Assembly (NCBI GenBank): GCA_963790475.1
Contig: CAWBOS010000012.1
Span: forward strand, 704,001-768,000
Length of the DNA stretch: 64,000 nt
DNA from: an uncultured delta proteobacterium
GTDB taxonomy: Bacteria > Desulfobacterota > RBG-13-43-22
Direction: 5' to 3'
Under the pieces are notes generated by a model. The model was given only the letters and a program-made list of their open reading frames with translations. It did no database searches and was not told the DNA's origin. Each line of letters starts with the position of its first letter. Positions within the stretch are counted from its first letter, which is position 1. Both the position numbers and the translations under genes were made by a program. Below are positions 1 through 9,009 of the stretch, in pieces.

Positions 1-1452
1 TTAGGGATCAAACCCCTTTATTACTATTTTCGGCAGGGGCGGCTGGCCTTCGCCTCGGAGATCAAGTCCCTTTTGCAGATTCCGGAAATAAACCGGGGGG
101 TAGATCTTCAAGCCCTGTATTATTATCTGGGGTATGAATTCGTACCCAGCCCCTTGACCATGTTTGAGGGGATTCAAAAACTCCGGCCAGGTCATTATCT
201 CCAGTTATCCGGGAATGAACTGATTCAAAAATCTTATTGGGACCTCAACCGGCCCGGCACCTCTCTGACCCAGGAGGAGGCGGTTGTCGAACTGCGACGA
301 CTGCTCCAGGAAACCGTTAAAAGCCATCTGGTCAGTGATGTTCCCTTGGGAGTATTTCTTTCCGGAGGTTTGGATTCCAGCACCCTGGTGGCCTTGATGC
401 GCCGGTTGGGTGTCAATCCTTTGAAGACCTTTTCTATCGGTTACCCGGACCCCTCCTTCAGTGAATTGCCCTTTGCCGAACTGGTGGCCAAGGAATTTGG
501 CACCGAACATACGGTGTTGATGATCCCGGAAGTAACCCTGAACGATCTGGAAGAAGCGGTCTGGCATCTTGACGAGCCCATGACCGATCTTTCGGCCCTG
601 CCCCTTTATTTAGTCTGCCGGGAGGCCAAGAAACATGTAACGGTCTGCCTTTCGGGAGAGGGGGGGGATGAAATCTTCGCCGGCTATGACCGTTTCAAGG
701 CCAGCAAGGCCGATCAGTTTTACCGCCTTCTACCTGGGCTGATCAGGGAAAAAATTATTTACCCGATCATCGAGGCCCTTCCGGACCGGCCCCAGAAAAA
801 AGGCCTTATCAATATCATCAAACGGTTTGTAGAGGGCTCCCACTTGCCCTTGGAGGGCGGGCATTTGAGGTGGCAGTATTTTTCTTCGGCCAAGCAGGAT
901 GCCCGGTTATTTAATGATCGTTTTAAAGGGCTGGTGGAGATGGACCCCTTTGCCCCGGTAAGAGCCCTTAGATCGACCTGGTGTGGAGAGGATCGCTTAG
1001 ACCGGGAGATTTATGTCGATCTGCGCTTCACCATGCCGGATTCGGTCCTGATGAAAGTGGACAAGATGAGTATGGCCCACGCCCTGGAAATCCGGGTCCC
1101 TTTTTTGGATCACCGGTTTGTGGAATTTACGGCCTCCCTCCCCGGCGATTGGAAACTGAAAGGGTTTCGTACTAAAGCTATTTTTCGTCAGGCCTTGAGC
1201 GGCCTGCTCCCCGACCAGATCGTTTGGCGGGGAAAACAGGGGTACAGCCTGCCTATAAAAAACTGGCTCCGTGAGGGGCTCAAAGGGCCCTTGATTACAG
1301 TCCTGAAGGAGTCACCGGTCATCAAAGAATATATGAACGGCCCTTATATTCAGGACCTCATCAACCAGCATATGGCCCGGACCCATAATCACAATCATAT
1401 TCTCTGGGCCTTGTTGAATCTGGGGCTGTGGCATCGGCGTTTTTTCGATTGA
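1..1452 (+). CDS. asnB: Asparagine synthase (glutamine-hydrolysing)-type amidotransferase, 5'-truncated by window edge
   Basis: Frame is open from base 1 (LGIKPLYY). Motifs SDVPLGVFLSGGLDSS, LSGEGGDEIFAGY, KVDKMSMAHALEIRVPFLD. Next to glycan genes, so probably a polysaccharide amidotransferase. Confidence 0.9.
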   Translation, partial: LGIKPLYYYFRQGRLAFASEIKSLLQIPEINRGVDLQALYYYLGYEFVPSPLTMFEGIQKLRPGHYLQLSGNELIQKSYWDLNRPGTSLTQEEAVVELRRLLQETVKSHLVSDVPLGVFLSGGLDSSTLVALMRRLGVNPLKTFSIGYPDPSFSELPFAELVAKEFGTEHTVLMIPEVTLNDLEEAVWHLDEPMTDLSALPLYLVCREAKKHVTVCLSGEGGDEIFAGYDRFKASKADQFYRLLPGLIREKIIYPIIEALPDRPQKKGLINIIKRFVEGSHLPLEGGHLRWQYFSSAKQDARLFNDRFKGLVEMDPFAPVRALRSTWCGEDRLDREIYVDLRFTMPDSVLMKVDKMSMAHALEIRVPFLDHRFVEFTASLPGDWKLKGFRTKAIFRQALSGLLPDQIVWRGKQGYSLPIKNWLREGLKGPLITVLKESPVIKEYMNGPYIQDLINQHMARTHNHNHILWALLNLGLWHRRFFD

Positions 1453-1547
1453 ACGGAGGATGAAATGCTGGCAAGGGGCAAAAAGATTAAAACCTTTTCA
1501 TCCAATAATTCTCTGCTCTCTGCTCTCTGCCCTTTGCCTGATTTTTT

Positions 1548-2606
1548 ATGATGAAATCCAATTTAAAATCCTACCTCTGGAAGCTGCTGGTCAGTCTGCT
1601 GCTTATTTTGTTTTTACTTCGTTTTGTCAACCAGAAGGAAATGGCCGAACTTCTGAGAAACATCCGCTGGCCTTACCTCTTCGGATATTTCATTCTTAAT
1701 TTTTTCGACCGCCTGATCATGGCCTACAAATGGAAAATTCTTCTGACGGCCAAAGAAATTCCCTGTAGCTGGAAGAAAGTCATCGTAGTTTACTTTAAAG
1801 GTACCTTTTGGGGGAATTTATTCCCTACTTCCCTGGGAGGAGACGCCATTCGCGCCTATGAACTTTCCAGAAACACCAACACCGGGATTGATGTGATCAC
1901 CTCCATTATTATGGAAAGATTCCTTGGGTTTCTTTCTTCGGCGGTCATGGCCATTATGGTCATTCCCTTGCTGTTCTTTATGGTCCCCAATTTTCCGAGG
2001 GTCCTGTTATGGCTCCTGCTAGGTTTCCTTTCCGCCGGGGTGTTATTTCTGGTGCTCCTTATGCGCGGGGGCGGACCACCGGTCTTAAAAAATTGGCTGA
2101 CCAAACTGCCTTGGGCCGGTAAGATTTCCCAAGTTACCTCTTCTTTTGCCCTGTATCGTAATCATCCCCAAGCCTTGGGAAGATTCTTTATGTGGTCCTT
2201 CGGGGAACAACTGGTACCCATCCTGACTCTTTACTTTTTGGTTCTGACACTGGGTCTTCCCGTCCCTTTTTACTATTTGGTTCCTATAATTCCCATCGCC
2301 CAATTTTTTGCCCGGATACCCGTTTCCCTGAGCGGTTTCGGGATCCAGGAAGGACTATTTATCACCTTATTTTCTTTTTTTGGAATTTCAGCGACGGTAG
2401 CCTTTACCCTGGGGTTGGCTTCCAATTTAGGCAACATCTTCGTTGGGCTTCCAGGGGCTTATTTTTATCTCCGAGGTTCACCTGAAAATAACCGCAGGTC
2501 GGAAGACCACCCCCACCCCTTCCCCTCCCGCCCCGCAGGCCCCTCCGAGGCCGGCGACGAGCTCAGCCGAGGCGGGGAGGGTGAGGGAGGGGGGGAGGTT
2601 GCCTGA
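1548..2606 (+). CDS. Lysylphosphatidylglycerol synthase TM-domain (UPF0104) flippase-like membrane protein
   Basis: Multi-TM protein with PTSLGGDAIR and PVSLSGFGIQEG motifs. The last ~35 aa are read through an inverted repeat. Confidence 0.8.
   Translation: MMKSNLKSYLWKLLVSLLLILFLLRFVNQKEMAELLRNIRWPYLFGYFILNFFDRLIMAYKWKILLTAKEIPCSWKKVIVVYFKGTFWGNLFPTSLGGDAIRAYELSRNTNTGIDVITSIIMERFLGFLSSAVMAIMVIPLLFFMVPNFPRVLLWLLLGFLSAGVLFLVLLMRGGGPPVLKNWLTKLPWAGKISQVTSSFALYRNHPQALGRFFMWSFGEQLVPILTLYFLVLTLGLPVPFYYLVPIIPIAQFFARIPVSLSGFGIQEGLFITLFSFFGISATVAFTLGLASNLGNIFVGLPGAYFYLRGSPENNRRSEDHPHPFPSRPAGPSEAGDELSRGGEGEGGGEVA
2507..2598. repeat. GC-rich REP-like inverted repeat inside the 3' end of the flippase-like CDS
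   Basis: C-rich arm ccacccccacccctTcccctcccgcc pairs with G-rich arm ggcggggagggtgagggagggggg. Confidence 0.6.
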
Positions 2607-2609
2607 AAT

Positions 2610-3167
2610 ATGGCCTCTCCTTATGGACACGCCTTAGTCGGCTTGGGACTCTTTAATCTTTGTTATCCCCGGTGGAGTGCTTCTCGACTGAAAACCATTC
2701 TGCTTTATGGATTGGTTATCCTGGGGGCTTGTTCCCCTGACCTGGATTTTGTTCCGGGTATGTTATTAGGAAATATCGGCCGATTTCATCATGGGCCTTC
2801 TCACAGCCTGGGGATGGCAATAGGTTTAACTTTGATCGCCGGTGTCTTGGTGACCCTTTTCGGAAAGAGGCCTTCAGTATTAAGAATAACCAGTTTCGTT
2901 TTTATTCTGATTTTTTCCCACCTCGTCCTGGATTATTTTACAGAGGACTTTAATCCTCCCTTTGGTTTTCCTTTGTTTTGGCCTTTGTCGGAGAGCTATT
3001 ATATCTCTCCCTGGTCGATCTTGCCCGCCGTGGAGAGAAATTTGTCAAACCCGGTCATCTGGAGTCAGAGTCTGAAAGTATTCCTGGTCGAAAGTCTTTT
3101 ATTCCTCCCTTTTTTCTTTCTTTCCTTAAGGCTCAGGCGATGTGGAGCAGAAGAGCCTCCCAAATAA
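2610..3167 (+). CDS. Membrane-bound metal-dependent hydrolase (YdjM/YbcI-like)
   Basis: Motifs GH..., PDLD, HHGPSHS, SHLVLD, LFWP. Confidence 0.8.
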   Translation: MASPYGHALVGLGLFNLCYPRWSASRLKTILLYGLVILGACSPDLDFVPGMLLGNIGRFHHGPSHSLGMAIGLTLIAGVLVTLFGKRPSVLRITSFVFILIFSHLVLDYFTEDFNPPFGFPLFWPLSESYYISPWSILPAVERNLSNPVIWSQSLKVFLVESLLFLPFFFLSLRLRRCGAEEPPK

Positions 3168-3171
3168 AACC

Positions 3172-3200
3172 TTGACATTTCGGGTCAAACCTTCTACTTT
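3172..3200 (+). promoter_or_regulatory. Putative sigma70 promoter for the GT2 gene
   Basis: TTGACA-17 nt-TACTTT about 50 nt upstream of the start. Confidence 0.5.
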
Positions 3201-3251
3201 GCTCAAATATTAAGTAACTTAACAATACTATTAGATAAATAGGAAACCCAT

Positions 3252-4208
3252 TTGGACCTCTCAGTAATTATTCCTTTTTATAACGAAGCCAAAAATATTC
3301 CGATCATTATCGATGAGCTGTTCCGGGCCCTTGAGCCAACGGAGTGGTCTTGGGAAATATTAGCCATCGATGACGGGAGTACAGATTCGACCTTTTCTCT
3401 TTTGAAAGAAGAGGCCCAGCGCCGCAAGCATATCAAAGTGGTGCGCCTTAGAAAGAATTTCGGGCAGACGGCGGCCCTTTCCGCCGGTTTCGATTCGGCC
3501 GAAGGAGACATTATCATCACCATGGACGGCGATTTGCAGAACGACCCCAAGGATATCCCGGCCCTGGTAACCAAGATAGGAGAAGGATACGATATTGTCA
3601 GCGGATGGCGCCAAAAGCGGCAGGATCCTTTTTTCTCCAGGCGACTCCCATCGTTAATAGCCAACAAGATGATCTCTTGGGTCACGGGGGTAAAGCTCCA
3701 TGATTACGGTTGCACCCTGAAGGCCTTTAAAGGGGAGGTGACCAAAAACATCCGTTTGTATGGAGAGTTGCATCGCTTTATACCGGCTGTGGCCAGCTGG
3801 ATGGGAGTGACTATTGCCGAGATACCAGTCAATCACCGGTCCCGTAAGTTCGGGCGCTCCAAGTACGGGATTTCCAGGACCATCCGAGTCCTGTTGGATT
3901 TGATTACCGTAAAATTTTTATCCACCTATTCCACCCGACCTATCCATGTCTTTGGTCTTTGGGGGGTCCTTTCTGGTTTGGCCGGTTTCGTGTTGGCCTG
4001 CTATCTGACCATTCAACGATTATTTTTCGCCATTCCTTTGTCCAACCGTCCCATTCTGCTTTTGGCCATTCTTTTGATCTTTATCGGTATTCAATTCATC
4101 AGTATGGGTCTGTTGGGCGAACTTCAAGTCAGGACCTATCACGAATCCCAAGGGAAACCCATTTATTATATTAAAGAGATCGTTGACAAGAAAGAGTCCC
4201 GGCAATAA
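3252..4208 (+). CDS. Glycosyltransferase family 2, ArnC/polyprenol-phosphate glycosyltransferase-like
   Basis: IIPFYNE, DDGSTD, RKNFGQTAA, MDGDLQNDP, HDYGCTLKA, two C-terminal TM helices. Confidence 0.9.
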   Translation: MDLSVIIPFYNEAKNIPIIIDELFRALEPTEWSWEILAIDDGSTDSTFSLLKEEAQRRKHIKVVRLRKNFGQTAALSAGFDSAEGDIIITMDGDLQNDPKDIPALVTKIGEGYDIVSGWRQKRQDPFFSRRLPSLIANKMISWVTGVKLHDYGCTLKAFKGEVTKNIRLYGELHRFIPAVASWMGVTIAEIPVNHRSRKFGRSKYGISRTIRVLLDLITVKFLSTYSTRPIHVFGLWGVLSGLAGFVLACYLTIQRLFFAIPLSNRPILLLAILLIFIGIQFISMGLLGELQVRTYHESQGKPIYYIKEIVDKKESRQ

Positions 4209-4238
4209 ATACTCTACTTCATTGGGGTATCGTTCAGC

Positions 4239-4859
4239 ATGAAAAAGGATTCAAGGGATCGGAGGTTCATGATTCAAGGCCTGCGCCTGCAGGCCCGCAG
4301 GGCCAGGAGGTTCAAGGTTAATTTGCATCCTTTGTGCCTAAGGGGATTCCTGCTCGTGGCCATGGCGTTGGTTGTTCTTCCTTTGGCTCCGGGCTGCCAG
4401 GAAAAAGAAAAGGCCACGCCAGCCCCTCCTGCGGCTGAATCAAATCCCGTAGAACGAGTTCCCGCCCAGGCAGGTGAGCAAAAGGTTCCAGAAGCCTCGA
4501 CCGGAGCCCAAGCCATGACCTTTCATTCCACCCTGACCAAAGACCTGAATCGCCCGATTCCGGCCGACACTTTTTCCAAAAACGATCGAATCTATTTGGT
4601 GACCGCATGGACCGGCCTCCAGGGGCCTCATGAGATAAAGGTGCTTTGGGTCCGGCCCGATAAAACGGTTCAGGAAACCGTGCGGCTCAAGGAGAATATT
4701 TCTTCCAAAATCCCAACTTATAGCTCCTGGGCTTATCTGTCCTTCACCAAAGGCCTGCTGAACATTTCTCCTGTGGAAGGAAAGTTTATCGGTGCCTGGA
4801 AGGCCCAGCTTTTTTTGGATGGGAAGTTATTAAAGGAATATGACTTTTCGGTTTTCTGA
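4239..4859 (+). CDS. Hypothetical lipoprotein (true start probably downstream of 4239)
   Basis: Hydrophobic stretch ending LAPGC, Pro/Ala linker, beta-rich C-terminal domain. The 5' part of the ORF overlaps short tandem repeats. Confidence 0.55.
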   Translation: MKKDSRDRRFMIQGLRLQARRARRFKVNLHPLCLRGFLLVAMALVVLPLAPGCQEKEKATPAPPAAESNPVERVPAQAGEQKVPEASTGAQAMTFHSTLTKDLNRPIPADTFSKNDRIYLVTAWTGLQGPHEIKVLWVRPDKTVQETVRLKENISSKIPTYSSWAYLSFTKGLLNISPVEGKFIGAWKAQLFLDGKLLKEYDFSVF

Positions 4860-4929
4860 ATCTATCCTTACAAACGGAAGCGCGGCTCCAACGAAACATT
4901 CGTACCCGATGAGCGCTGAAGCCGGAGTG

Positions 4930-6723
4930 TCATGCAAAACGCTGGTACTCCGGATAATACATGAGCGACTTGATGTAAGACGCCAAATCGTCTGGCCGCG
5001 GCACACGCGCGAGCCCTCGCTTATAGGCCGTTTCAGCCACCTCGACGGCGATCGCCGTCGAGACGTCCCTGATCTTACGCAGAGACGGATAGACACTTCC
5101 CCGAGACAGATCAGCATAGGACACATGTCGTGACAGGGTCCGGGCGGCAACCAGAAACATTTCGTCCGTGACATATGCGGCACCACAGGCGATGACCCCC
5201 AACCCAATACCTGGAAAGATGTAAACGTTATTCCCTTGAGCGGGGACAAAGGTTTGGTTGTGAACGGTGACCGAATCAAAGGGGCTGCCGCTGGCAAATA
5301 TTGCGCGGCCCTTAGACCAGGTGTAAGCCTCGTAGGCCGTGCACTCGGTCTTGGAAGTCGGATTGGAAAGGGAGAAGACGATTGGCCTTTCATTGATCCT
5401 GGCCATGGCTTCCAGCACTTGTGGCGTGAACATGTGAGGTTTCCCCGAGACCCCGATTATCGCCGTGGGCTTGAGGGCTTCAACACATCCGAGAAGGTCC
5501 GGAATGAACTCATAATCATGGGCATAAGGGAGTTTGCGCTCGTCCAGGTCGGTACGGGACTTCACGACCAGGCCCTTGGAATCCACAAACCAGAATCGCT
5601 CCCTGGCTTCCACTTCTGTAAGCCCCTCATCCACCATGGCCGCAACCATCAAATTACCGGTTCCGGTTCCCGCCTCGCCCGCGCCGAGAAAAAGGATCTT
5701 CTGATCTTTGAGCTTTCCTCCGGTGATGTGTATGGCAGAATAAATACCGGCCAGCGTTACGGAAGCCGTTCCCTGTATGTCGTCATTGAAGCAGCAAATC
5801 CGGTTCTGATATTTCTGCAAGAGGCGAAAGGCGTTGCGGTTGGCAAAATCCTCGAACTGGATGAGAACGCCGGGAAACATCTGCTGAGTGGCGACAATAA
5901 ACTCTTCGATCAGCTCATTATAAGCCTCTCCACGTAGCCGTCGCTGTCTGAGGCCGACATAGAGCGGATCATTGAGCAGGTCTTCGTTTTCCGTGCCTAC
6001 ATCAATAGTCACCGGAAGACCGTGAAAGGGATGAATCCCTCCGCACGCGGTATAGAGAGAGAGCTTCCCGGACGGGATGCCCATGCCGTGAGCTCCGATG
6101 TCTCCAAGGCCCAGGATGCGCTCCCCATCGGTCACCACAATGATACGAATATCGTGGATGCGTGCGCTGCGAAGCAGGCCAGCGATGTTTCCCTTGTCAT
6201 TCGCGGTAATGAACACTCCATGCGGTCTTTGCAGAATATGGCTGTACTCCAGGCAGGCCTGTCCGACCGTAGGGGTGTAGACGATAGGCATCAACTCCTC
6301 GATGTTCTCCAGAATCACCCGGTAAAACAAGGTCATGTTCCGGTCTTGAAGGCCGGCTAGAAAGATATACCGGTCAAGGTCGGTGGGCTTTCTCCTCACG
6401 TTTCCGAGAACCCTGACCAGCTGTTCCTCTATTGTTTGGACCCGGGGCGGTATCAGGCCACGAATGCCCAATGCATCCCGCTCTGCTTTGCTGAAAGCCA
6501 TGCCTTTATTGAAAGCCGGATCCCGCAGGACCGCAATACCGAGAGGAAGCCGAACCATAAGCTCCTTCTTGGCTTTCTTCAGCGGGTCAAGTGACGCTGT
6601 ACCCGGCTTCCCGGTGCCTCCGCTGGCCCCCGGTTGGGACGATTCCGCTACCCCGTTGCTTTTCACTGGATGTTCCATACTCTCCTTCACCCTATCGTTC
6701 GGGTCGTCTGTTGGATTAGGCAT
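4930..6723 (-). CDS. maeA: NAD(P)-dependent malic enzyme (MaeA/SfcA type)
   Basis: PIVYTPTVG, VTDGERILGLGD, QFEDF, FNDDIQGT, GAGEAG, LSNPT. ATG at 6723 follows a GAAAGGT RBS; the ORF track starts at 6741. Confidence 0.92.
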   Translation of the reverse strand: MPNPTDDPNDRVKESMEHPVKSNGVAESSQPGASGGTGKPGTASLDPLKKAKKELMVRLPLGIAVLRDPAFNKGMAFSKAERDALGIRGLIPPRVQTIEEQLVRVLGNVRRKPTDLDRYIFLAGLQDRNMTLFYRVILENIEELMPIVYTPTVGQACLEYSHILQRPHGVFITANDKGNIAGLLRSARIHDIRIIVVTDGERILGLGDIGAHGMGIPSGKLSLYTACGGIHPFHGLPVTIDVGTENEDLLNDPLYVGLRQRRLRGEAYNELIEEFIVATQQMFPGVLIQFEDFANRNAFRLLQKYQNRICCFNDDIQGTASVTLAGIYSAIHITGGKLKDQKILFLGAGEAGTGTGNLMVAAMVDEGLTEVEARERFWFVDSKGLVVKSRTDLDERKLPYAHDYEFIPDLLGCVEALKPTAIIGVSGKPHMFTPQVLEAMARINERPIVFSLSNPTSKTECTAYEAYTWSKGRAIFASGSPFDSVTVHNQTFVPAQGNNVYIFPGIGLGVIACGAAYVTDEMFLVAARTLSRHVSYADLSRGSVYPSLRKIRDVSTAIAVEVAETAYKRGLARVPRPDDLASYIKSLMYYPEYQRFA

Positions 6724-6894
6724 GGTATTATTACCTTTCACCTGTTATAATCATATACCTAATATGGCTTCTTTAGTCTCCTGACGATCCAAGGACAACC
6801 GGTAAGAATAAACTTTGATGTTTTAGATCGGCTGGTGGCCATGACTCCTATATCCCCGATCAGGGGGAACAAAAGGTTCACTATTGCGGCCTCT

Positions 6895-6978
6895 ATAGTA
6901 GCGGCTCTTGGAAGCTTCGTCAAAGAGAAAATGGAAATACCATAATTCCGTAACCGTCAATGGAGATACTCACCGATT
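6895..6978 (-). promoter_or_regulatory. Repeated promoter module, copy 1, upstream of malic enzyme
   Basis: TTGACG (6923-6918)-17 nt-TACTAT (6900-6895). Homologous to 20038-20118 and 48355-48421. Confidence 0.6.
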
Positions 6979-7127
6979 ACTTAAAGCCTTATTTCAAAAA
7001 GCTTGAAAATGGTGTATACTGATAACAGGTAATCAATGTTAAGGGCAAAACGAGATAAGCATATTTATTGGAATATAAACAAGAGGTTAAATTGATTTTT
7101 TTAAGCAAGTAGGGAAGGCAGGTTGTT

Positions 7128-7325
7128 ATGATCGGTATTAATCAAGATTTAATAGTTATTTTGGTAATAGCCGCTTTTATCTTTGGGGCCAAAAAATTGC
7201 CTGAAATTGGAAAAGGCTTGGGAAAAGGAATCCAAGAATTTAAAAACGGACTTTCCGGTCAAGGGGAAGAAACACCATCCAAACCAAAGGAAGTTGAAAA
7301 AGACACCAAAGATGACAAGGGATAA
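7128..7325 (+). CDS. tatA: Twin-arginine translocase TatA/TatE subunit
   Basis: N-terminal TM, then [21 protein letters not shown]. Confidence 0.9.
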   Translation: MIGINQDLIVILVIAAFIFGAKKLPEIGKGLGKGIQEFKNGLSGQGEETPSKPKEVEKDTKDDKG

Positions 7326-7637
7326 AAATAGTTTTTTGGAGGTGACCATTGAAATAGGACTGGTTTCAATCCCAAGTTTCTTATTATGTTTACAAATTAA
7401 CCCAGCAGTTTGGGGGTTGGTAGGGGAGCATTATTTGTCGATTTTTAAAATTCTAATTTTGGTAATAGATCAAGGTGCAGCGGAGCTCCTGCCTATTTCC
7501 ACTTGATCCTCTCCTTTCCTTTTCATATATTCTTTCCATTTACAGCCAATAAGTTCTCGAATACCAGAATATTGAAGTCTTCTTACTGGCGTGATATATT
7601 GAATTATAGGCCAAAAACTATCCAGAGAGTTAAATTG

Positions 7638-8591
7638 ATGTCTCTACAGCAACGCAAAGAAAGAGTGGCAATATTATCAGTCGGTTCCAATTCTTTTCTA
7701 GTTCTATTTAAAATAATTGTCGGTATATTAATTGGCTCTGTTTCGATAATATCCGAAGCGATTCATTCAGGTATGGATTTGTTGGCTGCAATTATTGCCA
7801 CGTTTTCCGTGAAAACGTCCAGCATCCCCGCTGACGATGATCATCCCTTTGGCCACGGAAAAATAGAAAATATATCCGGTTTGGTGGAAGCAGCTCTTAT
7901 TTTTATCGCGGCCTTTTGGATTATATTTGAGGCACTGAAAAAAATTAGTTCTTCGCAAACATTGGATGCTCCGGAATGGGGGGTTGCCGTCATGCTCTTT
8001 TCCGGTATCATTAATTTTATTGTTTCCAGAAAACTCTTCCAAATAGGTAAGGAAGCCGATTCTATTGCTTTGCAAGCCGATGCCTGGCATTTACGCACGG
8101 ATGTATATACCTCGATGGGTGTAATGCTTAGCCTGGGAATAATTTGGGTCAGTCACGGCATTTTTACCGATCCAAAGATCCATTGGCTTGATCCGATTGC
8201 CGCTATATTTGTTGCTGTCATTATCTTGCGTGCAGCGTACGAATTAACTGCAAACTCTATTCGCGATTTAATGGATGTTAAGTTGCCGCCAGAAGAAGAG
8301 GATTGGATTCGCGGTGTAATTGTAAGCAGTCAGCCATCCCTTTATGGTTTTCATCAGTTAAGAACACGTAAAGCCGGGCATTTTCGTTTTATTGAATTTC
8401 ATATCAAAGTTAATTCGCAAATGTCGGTGTTTGATTCTCACAACATTACTAAAGGATTAAAATCAAGAATCAGGCAAAAATTTCTCGATTCTGTCATTAC
8501 AATTCATATTGAACCATGCGACGGTGAATGCGCAGACGCTTGTATTGCTGGGTGTTTGTTAGCTGAAGAGAAAAGGCCAAGACTTGCGTAA
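7638..8591 (+). CDS. Cation diffusion facilitator family transporter (FieF-like)
   Basis: SEAIHSGMD, HPFGHGKIE, ADAWHLRTD, C-terminal IHIEPC with Cys-rich tail. Start placed at ATG 7638 (MSLQQRK). Confidence 0.9.
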   Translation: MSLQQRKERVAILSVGSNSFLVLFKIIVGILIGSVSIISEAIHSGMDLLAAIIATFSVKTSSIPADDDHPFGHGKIENISGLVEAALIFIAAFWIIFEALKKISSSQTLDAPEWGVAVMLFSGIINFIVSRKLFQIGKEADSIALQADAWHLRTDVYTSMGVMLSLGIIWVSHGIFTDPKIHWLDPIAAIFVAVIILRAAYELTANSIRDLMDVKLPPEEEDWIRGVIVSSQPSLYGFHQLRTRKAGHFRFIEFHIKVNSQMSVFDSHNITKGLKSRIRQKFLDSVITIHIEPCDGECADACIAGCLLAEEKRPRLA

Positions 8592-9009
8592 ATTTTTTAA
8601 GTGGTAGGGAAAATACATCGTTGTGACGCCGCAGGCCAAGGTATCGCGGGTTTTTACCCATTAAAAGGCATTATTGTTATTTGGTTCATCATGGTTTCGC
8701 AGTTTCCGGGGATCATTTGTGCGTTTGAGATATTCAATCGCCAGTCTAACGCATCCTCCCGGTGAGTCGTTTGAGAATCCAGGCCAGTAATCTCATAATT
8801 ACTATTCCAATGATAATCTTTAGTTCCTACTGTTTGATGCCCTTCATCATAAGGTAGGAGGCTTCCCCAAAAAAGATGGCCTCCGAGAGAAATAAATCGA
8901 TAGAATTGCACTATAAATCACCCATCTTCTGTCGGACTTGGTGAATAAGTTCAGATACCGTCCTGGGGTGGATATTGGACTAGAAAACGGGAATTACTAA
9001 GTCTTTTGA

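Noticed and set aside
5236-5937. Long antisense ORFs (also 33932-34507, 41592-42281, 51665-52420, 62507-63313 and others)
   Set aside because: Shadows of well-supported genes on the opposite strand, with no recognisable motifs.
8654-8911. Small ORF between the CDF and RND genes (likewise 35356-35595, 46448-46738, 55123-55422)
   Set aside because: No RBS or recognisable motif; probably intergenic DNA or gene debris.
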